From positions 36,273,407 through 36,337,406 of the forward strand of contig NC_068993.1 in the NCBI RefSeq assembly GCF_001194135.2: a DNA stretch of 64,000 nt, written 5' to 3'. Positions 1 through 12,855 of the stretch are shown in pieces; positions within the stretch are counted from its first letter, which is position 1, and every line of letters starts with the position of its first letter. The notes below the pieces were generated by a model. That model was not told where the DNA came from. It saw only the letters and a program-made list of their open reading frames with translations, and did not search any database. This DNA comes from Octopus bimaculoides (Eukaryota). The translations under genes were made by a program, and so were the position numbers.

Positions 1-283
1 CCCCAAAATGGCTGAAGTTCAAAAGATAGTGTTCATGGGAACTGCCCATATCCTACGTAAAATACTGTCTATGTGATCTCAAATTTTAAAGCAAACACAT
101 AATTTTCTTATGATTTCTTAAACATTCACTAGAACAAAACTGTACAAATCCAAATATATGGTACCCTAGGCATAACACCTACATGAACTTCTAACTTGTT
201 GTCTCTTGAGGTCTGTGGGTGAGACTTGGATCCAACTTGTACAAATGCAAAACAAAAGTCAAACATAAAATAATAATAATAAT
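1..283 (+). mobile_element. 3' end of a Dong/R4-clade non-LTR retrotransposon (ORF C-terminus, 3' UTR, (AAT)n tail)
   Basis: Translates PKMAEVQKIVFMGTAHILRKILSM* (typical R4/Dong C-terminus ..GTAHILRKVL*), followed by a UTR ending aaataataataat. Confidence 0.75.
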
Positions 284-987
284 ATTCTCTACAGTCATAT
301 ATCATCAAAGATTTAGCCACTCAATCTCCTTTTGCTATATTCTTGACAATAAGCGTCTGTTATTTGGTTACGATATCTCTTTCAACAACATGCATAGACT
401 TTGCAGTTAAAACAGAATTATGTATTTACTTATCTATTTATTTATTTATTTTATAATCATTTTTTCTTCAAGTGCCACTTAAGAGGGAAGGTTAGGGTAG
501 AGAGAGAGAGAGAGAGAGAGAGACGGTGCTGCTCTCCAGTAAATTTTATGAAAGCTGAGTGAGAATATTGAGATTGTCTTAGATAAATGTGCCAACACTA
601 TATGATTGCTGGCTGGAGGCTGGTGAGTGGGGGAATACCTTTTATCTGTGAGACCGAGCCTTGGAAGCAAATTTTACGTGGTGGAATAAAATTGTACAAG
701 ACTGCTTTCAGGTTACGACGGTGAAAGTTTCTTTAAAAGTTCTAAGGGCTATGATGGCTTTTCTGATTTTTATAGAAGGGTCCCATCATATCTTTACAGA
801 GGCCATCTGAATATTTCCTCCCCTAGGCCCTGCTACCAGAATAATGCTAAGTCGAGTATGCTATGCTCCGAGTCACCCGATACTATAGTTTCCTTCTTCA
901 CATTTTAAGTTTTTTTCTTTGCGTATTTTGTCCAGTGCTGTTTACTGCTATTCGTCATTATTTATTTATTTATCACCCCTGCTCTTT

Positions 988-1140
988 GCGTTCTGAATTC
1001 AAATGTCGCCGAGGTCAATTTTACTTGTCATCCATCCTTCCGGGGTCGATAGAATAAAGTACCAGTCATAACTAGGGTCGATTTAATCAACGTATCTTTA
1101 TCCTCAAAATGAATGACCTGGCACCAAAATTCTGAGTTCA
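988..1140 (+). mobile_element. Meta-domain-like tRNA SINE, 5'-truncated
   Basis: B-box-like ttctgaattcaaat, then gccgaggtc...catccttccggggtcgatagaataaagtaccag, matching other copies in the window. Confidence 0.7.
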
Positions 1141-1591
1141 AATCCTACCGAACTAAGCTTTGTCCTTCCGCAAGAAGGACAAAGCTGAGATCACTGCAAT
1201 AGACCATTATTATTACTTTTTTAGTTTCGGAATGTGAGTAAAAGACACTATACCGATTTTATATTCAACTCACTAAGATCCAATATTAACCTTTAATTAT
1301 GCAGCATTTACTACTCTCCAACTAATCCTCACCTTGAATCTATTTCTAAGCGCATAAAATGTCACACATTTATATTTTTTTAAGATATTCAATATTTCAT
1401 TCTATTCATTATATACAAGAATAATGAAAAATGAAGTGAAATTATTTTCGTTATTGTTACTATCGTTGTTCTTGACAACGGTGGTGGTAGTTGGAACTAA
1501 GTCAATCTTGGTGGAGAAACGACATGATCAAAAACATCCCAAATATGACCATCACCTTTATATACATATGTGTGTGTATGTGTATGTTTGT

Positions 1592-1656
<65 letters not shown>

Positions 1657-2153
1657 NNNNNNNNNNNNNNNNNNNNNNNNNNNNNNNNNNNNNNNNNNNN
1701 NNNNNNNNNNNNNNNNNNNNNNNNNNNNNNNNNNNNNNNNNNNNNNNNNNNNNNNNNNNNNNNNNNNNNNNNNNNNNNNNNNNNNNNNNNNNNNNNNNNN
1801 NNNNNNNNNNNNNNNNNNNNNNNNNNNNNNNNNNNNNNNNNNNNNNNNNNNNNNNNNNNNNNNNNNNNNNNNNNNNNNNNNNNNNNNNNNNNNNNNNNNN
1901 NNNNNNNNNNNNNNNNNNNNNNNNNNNNNNNNNNNNNNNNNNGGAGTTTGAAGGCCACTTCTAGAAATAAGTAGATTTGGATATTACTCTCTGTACTCAA
2001 CTAACGCTCTATTCTGAAGCATCGGTATATTGAGTTTTAACACCAGGTTATCAGTATTACTATGCCTCAGCAACACATACATACATACATACAGACAGAC
2101 AGACAGACATATATATATATATATATACATATAATTATATGCATATACATGTG

Positions 2154-2220
<67 letters not shown>

Positions 2221-2344
2221 ATGTGTGTGTACGAGTGTGCATGTTGTGTGTGTGTGTGTGCGTGTTTTCCTTTCAGCAATGTAACTACACACGTAGACTT
2301 TTCCCTTTCTCCTTTCCGAGGAAGAGCTACACTCAAAACATCAA

Positions 2345-3018
2345 AAGCTCTTTATTGTTCGTTTATTTGATTTGACGATATCGTATAATAAATTTGTGCG
2401 ATGTTTCTCTGGCCGTTACGTTTTTATGTTCGTTAACTCCTCCTAGACCGTTGGTGCAAGGACAACGAAACTCAAACCAGCAACTCCCCTAATCCAAGGG
2501 AATGTCTTAAAGGGGGCCTATTTCTAATTGGGGCCCCCCACTGACCCCACCTTATTTTACTGCATTTTAAACTAAATTTAACGACCAAATCGGAGCAATG
2601 ACAATGAATTTCATGCCATGAACTCCCAGAGAGTATCGTAAGAAGGTTCAATTTCTGAAGGGCCGCTTAAATGGGGCCCAACTGACCCCACTATTTTTAC
2701 TGCATTTAACTCGCTCCTACGCTTATTGATTAAACTATGATCAGCATCAGTACTTAGTACTTTTGCAGAAGCAAGTTAATGGGACATGGGCTTTAGGTAT
2801 GAGTGCGAGTGAAGTCTAGGTATTGAGTGTATGGGTATGAGTGCATGGATATACGTCGGGTAGGGCGTTTGGAATGGGGTATCGGATAATTAATACCAGG
2901 AGATACATATACAATGAATGTGTTCGAGTCCATTACATTACATTACACAAGGGTAGAGGGCCGCGAAGCGACCCGATAGTGGGGCCGAAGCCCTCAAAGG
3001 TACTCTCCGCAGGAACTA
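2345..3018 (+). mobile_element. Possible non-autonomous Helitron/Helentron-like element
   Basis: Contains aactcctcctagaccgttgg, an internal direct repeat (ggggccc..actgaccccac..ttttactgcattt twice) and a GC-rich 3' part ending gcaggaaCTAG. The family call rests on recalled resemblance. Confidence 0.35.
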
Positions 3019-3295
3019 GCCCGTGTATATGTGCCCGTGTGTGTGTATGTGCACGTGTGTGTATGTGTGTGTATGCATGTGTACGTGTGTATGTGTGTGC
3101 GTGCGTGACAAACGGTGTTGGTTTATTTATATCCGCGTAACTTAGCAGTTCGACTAGAGACAGCGATGGCATAAGAACCAGGCTTTTAAAAAATAAGTAC
3201 TGATCTTGACTAATTCGACTAAACCCTTTACGACACAGCTCGAGCATAGCTACAGTCCAGTAACAAAAACTAAAGAAAAAGATAAGAAGATACAC

Positions 3296-3386
<91 letters not shown>

Positions 3387-3577
3387 CAGGCAGACAGACT
3401 GATACATTATGCCAATTGCGCTTCCTGTCCTTAAGACTGCAAGATTTTGGTTTTACCCTGAGACTATATGGTGAACTGGAATTGCTCAACGACGTGAAGA
3501 TAGAGTCCCAGCTTCAATTTTTGAGTGGCTGGTTACTGACCTGGAGTATGTTTTAGTTTAATATAGAACAAATTTAA

Positions 3578-3800
3578 GGCGGTGAGCTGGCAGGCAGGGA
3601 TAAAATGGCGGGGATCTGGCACGCCGAGGAAAAATGCTTAGCGACATCTAATCTGTCTGCGCGTTCAGATTCCGCCGAGGTCGACTTTGCCTTTCATCCT
3701 TTCAGGGTCGATCAAATAAGTACCAGTTGAAAAGCTAGGTCGATGTAACTGACTAAGTCCCTTCTCCGAAACTGTTGAGTTTGTGCCAATATTTGAAGTC
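3578..3800 (+). mobile_element. Meta-domain-like tRNA SINE, full length with TSD
   Basis: ggcggtgagctggcag head, Meta-like core gactttgcctttcatcctttcagggtcgatcaaataagtaccag, and aatatagaacaaa on both flanks. Confidence 0.85.
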
Positions 3801-5088
3801 AATATAGAACAAAATCAATAAACATCGGAGACGGAATGTTTAATACATTCCTTACAAAAGAAGAGGAAAAAGACATTTACGGTAACCTGCTTCCCATTGT
3901 GCGTTGAAGTTATTTCACGTTTAGTTAATAGTGTTGAGAAAAACATGAATATACAACTATCACTTATCTCCCTTTTGGAAAAAAAATTACGCGTCTACAG
4001 AGAATCGGCAACAGGAAACTAGTCAAGTGTCATAGTGCTGCATTATTACGATATCAGTGAGTCTCGTGTCGAAATAGCAAGGTGCCACTGTACCATTGTG
4101 CCGTCTACTTAAATCACTAGCAATGCATTAGTAGGACCTGGTCTATAGTGAATAACACTTGCCTACGACACAGCACAGTGGGACTGAACCTGAAACCACG
4201 TGATTGCATATCGAGCTTCTTAAGCATACGGTCATGCTTGCGCCTGTCTATGAAAATGTATTTAAACCCAAGAGAATATTGATTCAGCGAAATCTCAGAT
4301 ATCTTTTAATGGTATTATTCAATCCACTACATATCATCCATCCAAGGACAGCTTTCCCACTGATTTATCTTTCGGCTATTCCTTTTTGTTTTCTTTGGGG
4401 GTTATTTTAGGTGTGGGGAATTAGATTTACAAGCATGGAAATTATTGACAAGAACTCGGTAACTTACCTGCATAAATTTTCAACTTTGGCAAAAAAGAAA
4501 AAAACGCCGTGACTATTTTTCGATTTCACCTGAATGTCTTCAAAGTGGCATTAGTCGCAAAACGAATTAGGATAATTTCGGACGGTGTGCTGTTTGATTT
4601 TCCTGTCGTCGCAGTTTATGTGTATATAAGCTGTTACTAAAAGTATTACACTCAGCTGACCTCTTTCATAAGTTGGCTATAGATGCAGCCTTAATTGAGC
4701 TCTTCACGTAATGAATAAAATATGAAAGTCAATCACCTAACAAGTCTTATATATAATGCAAACATGTGCATAGGAGTAAACAGAAGTGCCTATAAGGATA
4801 TGAATATGTAAATTAGACCCAACCCTCTTACTTTCAGCTCAGCAGTGTACATTAAAATGCACAAACAGAGTAGGAATGATGTAAGTACATAACAAATGGA
4901 GAATGGTTGGAGAGGAAGATAAGGTTCATATTAATATTTTTCGTGGAATTTGACGTCTGTTTTGAAAGTGTGTCACGTTTAGTACCTAGAAAAATAAAAT
5001 TACTACACTTAATTGAGTTTCATAAACTTCTCCATTACAGTATATTAAAAGACCGCACCTTTGCATTCTGTTTTCGTAAAGATATGTA

Positions 5089-5147
<59 letters not shown>

Positions 5148-5404
5148 ATACATATATCTATATATATACATATATGTGTGCGTGCGTGTCTGTGTCTGTG
5201 CGTCTGTGTGTGTGCACCTATGTATGTATGTATGTATGTATGTATGCATGTATGTATGCATGTATGTATGCATGTATGTACATACTCATGCGTAAACAGG
5301 CTACCGTAAAGGTAGCGTATTCAACACTGACAAAGAGTTTTGTATATGGTGATTATCTAGAGCATGTGTAGGTTTATGTATGTATCTATATATACATATA
5401 TATA

Positions 5405-5443
<39 letters not shown>

Positions 5444-6109
5444 NNNNNNNNNNNNNNNNNNNNNNNNNNNNNNNNNNNNNNNNNNNNNNNNNNNNNNNNN
5501 NNNNNNNNNNNNNNNNNNNNNNNNNNNNNNNNNNNNNNNNNNNNNNNNNNNNNNNNNNNNNNNNNNNNNNNNNNNNNNNNNNNNNNNNNNNNNNNNNNNN
5601 NNNNNNNNNNNNNNNNNNNNNNNNNNNNNNNNNNNNNNNNNNNNNNNNNNNNNNNNNNNNNNNNNNNNNNNNNNNNNNNNNNNNNNNNNNNNNNNNNNNN
5701 NNNNNNNNNNNNNNNNNNNNNNNNNNNNNNNNNNNNNNNNNNNNNNNNNNNNNNNNNNNNNNNNNNNNNNNNNNNNNNNNNNNNNNNNNNNNNNNNNNNN
5801 NNNNNNNNNNNNNNNNNNNNNNNNNNNNNNNNNNNNNNNNNNNNNNNNNNNNNNNNNNNNNNNNNNNNNNNNNNNNNNNNNNNNNNNNNNNNNNNNNNNN
5901 NNNNNNNNNNNNNNNNNNNNNNNNNNNNNNNNNNNNNNNNNNNNNNNNNNNNNNNNNNNNNNNNNNNNNNNNNNNNNNNNNNNNNNNNNNNNNNNNNNNN
6001 NNNNNNNNNNNNNNNNNNNNNNNNNNNNNNNNNNNNNNNNNNNNNNNNNNNNNNNNNNNNNNNNNNNNNNNNNNNNNNNNNNNNNNNNNNNNNNNNNNNN
6101 NNNNNNNTA

Positions 6110-6590
6110 TATATGCATGCATATATGGGTACAGGATGTCACAAAACGTAAACAACATGAAATACGAAGGCAAACTTGGGTATGCGAACAATGAGAGAAA
6201 CAAATGGAAAACAAAACAAGTAACTTAAAGAACGACCCTTCATCAGTTGTCGGCTGTTCATCTACTCCACATTTCGAGCAATTAACGACAATATGAGCCT
6301 TCGAAAACAATTGCTCCCTTAAGTACCAAAATAAAATTTGGGATTTGCAGAGGGTCAAAGTTGGTAACAAAAACAGGACAGTGGAGACATATAACAAACC
6401 AAACGAAAACAGACATGGAGGACCGTTAGGCCAGACGAGGTAAGGTAGCGAACGCTAGAGGAATATTCTTAGAGAAGAGAAAAGATAAGAGGAGACAGAT
6501 AAGAATGCGTCTGTTATGTGCGACAAACTGAAAGAAAAGAAAGATGATCACGTGAGGAAAAGAAAAATGGACGATGGTCACGTATGAGCA
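6110..6590 (-). mobile_element. Penelope-like 3' end / pseudo-LTR remnant
   Basis: The minus strand has an ..LIFSLL.. like C-terminal remnant followed by hammerhead-derived pieces (gctcgaaatgt; ctgatgaaggg). It shares ttaacgacaatat with 13880-14340. Confidence 0.45.
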
Positions 6591-6612
6591 ATGAGAGAGA
6601 GAGAGAGTAACT

Positions 6613-6765
6613 CGACGGGCTTCTTTCAGTTTCTGTCCAAATCCGCTCACAAGACTTTGGTCGACTATGATAGATGCCACTTGCCCAAAGTGCCATGCAG
6701 TGGTACTGAACATAGAACAAACGTTGCTGGGTAGCAAACTTCTTACCACACAGACGCGCAGGTGC
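6613..6765 (-). mobile_element. CORE-like SINE head
   Basis: Reverse complement gives tgtgtggtaagaagtttgct...ggcactttgggcaagtg...gaaactgaaagaagcccgtc. Confidence 0.85.
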
Positions 6766-7631
6766 GTTTACTTTTTCGTAATGAAATTTTTTAAGAGTTC
6801 ACAAAAAAATGTACGTAAGTGATATTTTTTAGCTGGTCAGTTTCTTTACTTGCTGTTGCTGTTCGCGTATTTCCTGTTGCATCAAGATGGTGGAGGTTAT
6901 TAGTTGGGCATGTCATGATGTTGTTAGTATAGAAACTTGTTTATCTTGTGCTCTGATGTTCACAAGAGGATATGGGTAGATGTAAAGGTTGTTGGTCATT
7001 ATGCTTCTCTCAAGGGGTTCATTGTTACATAAACAATTTGATTAATAGGTTGAAATTTTAACCTTTGAATTTTATGAAGGTAGAGTTCGTGAGCTATATG
7101 TTTATAAATATCTCTTCAATTCTGCTTCAAATATGAGTATTTTATTATATATTATTTTGTAATCCATCCCTCCAGGGTCAAAAAAATAACGTACCAGTCA
7201 TAACTAGGGTCCATGTAATCGGCGCATCTTCCTCCTCATAATTGATGACCTGGCACCAAAATTAGAAATGATCATTTTATTTATTTATTCTCCTGGTTCC
7301 TTACCTTCTGAATTCAAATCCTACCGAACTCAGCCTTGTCTTTAATCCTTCCGCGAGAGATGAATCAAAATACTAGTCAAACACTGAGATCGATGACATC
7401 GAATAACCCCTTCCTCTAAAAATTACTGCCCTTATGCCTAAATTAGAAACAGTTATCCGTACACTGTTACACTGGGAGCCATATTTTGCCAGTTAAACAC
7501 ATGCACTCTGTGTTCGGTTTTTACATCAGCTTTATTATCATTTTTGTTTCTTTGTCAATGCTCTTTCATCACACGACCAGTGACTTCTTTAGCGACTCTT
7601 TATCTTTATCCCAGCGATCTCTTTATAAAGA

Positions 7632-7674
7632 GTCACTGAAGAGGTTACAGGACGTGTGACGAAAGAGCTCTGAC
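7632..7674 (+). ncRNA. Candidate minimal type I hammerhead ribozyme
   Basis: gtca-CTGAAGA-g-gttaca/tgtgac-GAAA-g ag c-TC-tgac: complete core, stems I and II pair, CUC cleavage triplet. Confidence 0.6.
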
Positions 7675-7686
7675 AATGAAACAACG

Positions 7687-7762
<76 letters not shown>
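7687..7762 (+). repeat. (AAT)n microsatellite, possible retroelement tail
   Basis: Direct reading; starts about 12 nt after the hammerhead motif. Confidence 0.95.
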
Positions 7763-7763
<1 letters not shown>

Positions 7764-7989
7764 TGAATTAAAAACCAAACATATAGTGAATGTGTCTAAC
7801 TGGCAAAATATGACCATCACCAAGTATACCAATATCTGTTTCAACACACGTTCTCACATCAAGAATTTTGCAAGACAAATACATAAGCGTAATNNNNNNN
7901 NNNNNNNNNNNNNNNNNNNNNNNNNNNNNNNNNNNNNNNNNNNNNNNNNNNNNNNNNNNNNNNNNNNNNNNNNNNNNNNNNNNNNNNNN

Positions 7990-8041
<52 letters not shown>

Positions 8042-9366
8042 TGGTACAGCTTATTGTTGATCTCCCTCTTCGAACCCTATGGACCCATTTAATTCCCATT
8101 TTATTCGGATGGATTCACCTCGCCATTCGATGTTTAAAAAAGACCTATTATATTTTTATGATTAAAGATTATTCGAAGTTGTATATTTTCTATATTATAA
8201 AGTATGGGCAAAAGAATCTTATATGGTAACTCAAAGGTTATACGAAACCCGGTTGGGATAGTTCATCATTCATTTTTTTTTTCTTCGGAATGTGAGTAAA
8301 AGACAATATACCTGTGTTAAGAATTACTTCTTTAGCTCTGTCCTATTTTATATTCAACTCACTAAGATCCAATATTCACCTTTAATTATGTAGCATTTAC
8401 TACTCACCAACTAATCTTCACCTTGAATCTATTTCTAAACATATAAAATGCCACATGCAGTTATCTACGCATTTATATTTTTTAAGATATTCAATATTTC
8501 TTTCTATTTACTATATACGAGAACAATGAAAAATGAAGTGAAATTGAAGTTATTATTAAGAATTTATTTATGCATGTTGAACTTTGTAAGCAGGGGTGTA
8601 TATTTAGGTACATTCCTTTCAGGTCATTGGAATGTTTTTTTGGTGGTTTACAACTAGGATGTAAGTAGTCCAGGAAATTTTTTTTTGATCAGCGGATGTG
8701 CCCGTAGCTTAAGTTATTTTTGACTTTATTGGATTTATTCCTTTGTTTTGACAATGTAAATGCCAAAGGTTCAAAGTTTGGTCCAGTATTTAAAAAGTAA
8801 TTGGGTGTCTCTTTTATCTTTTATCTTTTACTTGTTTCTGTCAGTAGACAGTGGCCATACTCGGGCGCTACCTGGAAGAATTTTTAGTCGAACGAATCGA
8901 CCCCACTACTTTTTTAAAGTCTGTTATTTATTCTATCGATCTCTTTTGCCGAACCACTAGTTTATCGGATTGGGATTGTAAATGAAACAAATCGGTTGTG
9001 AATCGGTGGTGGGACACACACACACACACACACACACAATATATATATATATTTATAAAAAAGAAGTTTGAAAACGCCACTATATAAAATAAATTTTAAT
9101 CTATAATTTTCTCAGAGATATCTTACATGTTTCGGTTCTTGAAAAAAACGAACCTTATCAAAAATACATATATTTTTTTTTTTAATGTAATTAAAAGAAA
9201 AGTTCATAATTGTTTCGTACTGGTGTCAACATAGTCCACGTGGGAGCGTTTTTTGTGTCGGGACATAATGGCTGTCTAGTGCGTTGACTTGAATCGTTGG
9301 TTGTAATAGTAATAGTGACCGTGTTGGTAATGGTAAACGGGGGTTTATATATATATATATATATTC

Positions 9367-9520
9367 GACGGACTTCTTTCAGTTTTCGTCCAAATCTGCT
9401 CTGAAGGCTTTGGTCGACTATAGTAGAAAACACTTGCCCAAAGTTCCACGTAGTGGTACTGAACCTGGAACAAGCGTTGTTGGGAAGCAAACTTCGTACC
9501 ACACAGAACGCCAGCGGGTT
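9367..9520 (-). mobile_element. CORE-like SINE head (paralogue of 6613-6765)
   Basis: Same family signature and same downstream junction (tttttcgtaatgaaa) as the 6613 copy. Confidence 0.85.
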
Positions 9521-9889
9521 TAGTTTTTCGTAATGAAACTTCTTAAGGGTTAATAAACGAATGAAAGTAGGTAGTATGTTTTAGCTGGTCAGTTTTTTTA
9601 CTTGTTGTTGCTATTATTTAGGGTATTTCCCGTTGTATTTGGATGGTGAGGGTTATTAGTGGGGTATGTCATAGTGTTGTTAGTATAGAAATATGTTTAT
9701 CTTGTGCTTTGATGTTCACAAGCGGATGAGGGTAGGTGTAAAGGTTGTTGGTCGGTATGTCTCTCTCAAGGTGTTCATTGTTCTATAAGGAATTTGATTA
9801 ATATGTAGAAAATATATTAGTATATACACACTTTTTATAATGCCCCACTTTCGCATGTATCCATAGGCTTAAAATTATATATTATACAT

Positions 9890-10470
9890 TAGTTACATTT
9901 GAAATAGAATGCCTCCAGAAAACGTAAGGGTTAAAATTTCTACATTCTTTTGTGAACCCTTTAAAAATTCCATCACAAAAATGTTGGCACACCTAATTAC
10001 TAACTTTTTAAATATTGGATTAAACTTTGAAACGTTTCCCTTTACATTATCAGAGCAAAGGATTGAATCTAATAAAACTAAAAATAACTTAAACTGCGGG
10101 CACATGCGCTGGTCAAAAAAACTTCCTATCCCTATCGAAATCTTTTTTGTGAGCCACTAAAAAACAATCTCATGACCTGAAAGTAATACACCAAATTATG
10201 CACACCTGCTAACAAAGTTCTCCATGCAAAAAGAAACTCAAAACAACAACATAACCCTAAATTTAATTGATAAAGATTTCTCTAAAAGATTTCTCCAACA
10301 CAACACAGCCTACAACCTAATTACCACTTCACTCAAACCCACATATCAAGGAAGTTTCGAATTCAGCAGAGACTGCACAAAGCCAAGAATACCTTCACTG
10401 CTTCGCACTCCGACGCTGGCTTAGCTATCCGAAACTTCGAAGTCACTGTCAATAATATTCTTGTTTAAGA
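9890..10470 (+). mobile_element. Penelope-like 3' region ending in a decayed hammerhead
   Basis: AC-rich strand with a weak ..NNLNCG.. resemblance to a GIY-YIG C-terminus; terminal ccgaaacttcgaagtc (GAAAC, palindromic stem III, GUC). Confidence 0.4.
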
Positions 10471-12380
10471 ATATATATACATGCGTGCATACATACATAC
10501 ATACATACATGCATTCATATATACGTATGTGCGTATATATATGTACATATATATAATATACATAACATATATATACATACATACATACATATNNNNNNNN
10601 NNNNNNNNNNNNNNNNNNNNNNNNNNNNNNNNNNNNNNNNNNNNNNNNNNNNNNNNNNNNNNNNNNNNNNNNNNNNNNNNNNNNNNNNNNNNNNNNNNNN
10701 NNNNNNNNNNNNNNNNNNNNNNNNNNNNNNNNNNNNNNNNNNNNNNNNNNNNNNNNNNNNNNNNNNNNNNNNNNNNNNNNNNNNNNNNNNNNNNNNNNNN
10801 NNNNNNNNNNNNNNNNNNNNNNNNNNNNNNNNNNNNNNNNNNNNNNNNNNNNNNNNNNNNNNNNNNNNNNNNNNNNNNNNNNNNNNNNNNTGAATTAGAT
10901 TTTATCTCTGGTTGATGGGTGCTTAAAAATATATTGTACCCCCAGTCTTGGCAGCATCTTTAAGATCAGTTTTAAAAATAAATTAACAAATTAAGGGAAT
11001 TATTTCATTAGCAATATATTAATTAGTCAAGTGAATTTTAATAGTTAATAGAGAAAGATTTCACGATAAAATAGTAATTTTGTTAGTTTATGTAATTTAT
11101 CGCCATGTGAGACAACGATTGTAGGCAGTTGGTGAGATGAGTAAAAGTACGATACTCTTATCTTTATATACCAAGTAGACAATTAGACATTATATACTAA
11201 GTAGACAAGTAGAATATTATTACAGTTACGCAGTTATTAACAAATTCTAAGAAAACGTTAATCTGTGTACATGGCACAGCAGCCAGGACAGAGATCTGAT
11301 ATATATTTTGTGTGTATTTATATACATTTAGGGTTCTGGAAAAGGTAAACCTTGCTTTAACAATAGAAGAAAGTACAGGCTATGCCTAACGGAGAAAATA
11401 AATGTATCAAATATCTCTCTTCACTCGCACACATACCTACACTGTGAAAGTGAAAATTTTCTCTCGTGCCCACATGAGAGAAAATACATGATCGCTTACC
11501 TACTGGCTCCACTATGATTAGAAGTCCTAAGACCTCTACCATCGGTCTTTCCACCATCAGAGCCTGAGAGTCCAACAAGATTTTAAGCACACCAAACCAT
11601 ACATAAATACACATACACATATGCACCAATACATGAGGTTAACGGTTTAGGTACCCGCCCAATCCTTCTACCCTACCACCAAAAACAAACCTACAATCCA
11701 ACCCACTTTTGCTGCCAATCACCACACACTCTGGGTTTGTTTTGGAAAAGCGGCATAATCCTTGATAAATTCCTCTCTTAATCGCCTTCGACTTTGTTTC
11801 GTCTCTTCCATTGCACCCACAAAGCGTATGTAACAGAACAGCCGTAAATTTTTCCATACTGGCCACCTCTGACTGGAGCGCTAAAGCTTCTGTAAGCTAA
11901 CAACCTTAAGAGTCATAATTAATAAGGTCTATAAATACACTCGCTCGTTGTTGTTTGTCTATATTTCACTTCTTTTGGGGGGTTTTCCCAGGTAATTAAT
12001 ATTTCGTTTGTCTCCTAAAAATATTTTTCACTATATTTTAGCTTCCTAAGTAACTGTATAATTTTGTTGTTGTTCTTCTTCTTCTTATAAATACAACAGT
12101 AAAGTCAGTTGAAAACTAAAATCCAAGTATTTAAAGACAATTAATACACAGCTAATGAGAAAGCTACAGATTGCAGTAGTAAAAAATATGTGGTGGATGG
12201 TGGTGACATATCAACTGCTTTGCAAAAAGAAAAGGAAGTGAAATATAAACAAATAATAACCGGCGAATGTGTTTATAAGCTTTACAGATTGTCTCTCCGT
12301 ATATAGCAATGTCACAAAAAAAAATGAAAAATGTGTGGGCGGGTGGGTGTATATGTCCATGTGTGCGCGCATGCGCACGC

Positions 12381-12436
<56 letters not shown>

Positions 12437-12818
12437 ATGTTTGTATCACTTCGTTGTTTCATATTCAAGCTGTAACTCTGAAGTGTAACAACTCTGATTT
12501 GATTAGTTACACACCTCACTTCCCTCTTTTCTCTCTCTATCTCCCTCCCTCCCTTCTTCCCTCCTTCTGTCTATCAATCTATCTATCTCTGTCTCTCTTC
12601 CTCTCTCTCTTGTGTTTGCGTGTTTCTTGATAGGTAAGCGTCAGATTAAATAATATCATTACAAAGAACAGGTTTTCTTTGGATATTGAAAATACTTTGT
12701 CTCCTACCCATTTCAGTGCTTCGCTTGACTGACAACCCACTCTTATGAATATGATTTGAGAAACAGAAATACTTACACAATAACACTTACACATAGAACA
12801 ATCATTCTTTGTAGGTGC

Positions 12819-12855
<37 letters not shown>

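Noticed and set aside
1218-1245. Possible 9-nt microexon ttttag|tttcggaat|gtgagt
   Set aside because: The duplicated copy at about 8280 keeps the donor-like gtgagt but lacks the AG acceptor, and there is no other exon support.
1424-2375. ORF-track proteins rich in HT/YI/CV repeats and X runs (also throughout the window)
   Set aside because: They are translations of (CA)n/(TA)n microsatellites and N gaps, not genes.
11639-11866. 75-aa minus-strand ORF containing IKRGIYQG, resembling RT motif B
   Set aside because: The expected DSLSP continuation and any other RT motif are absent; similarity is too short.
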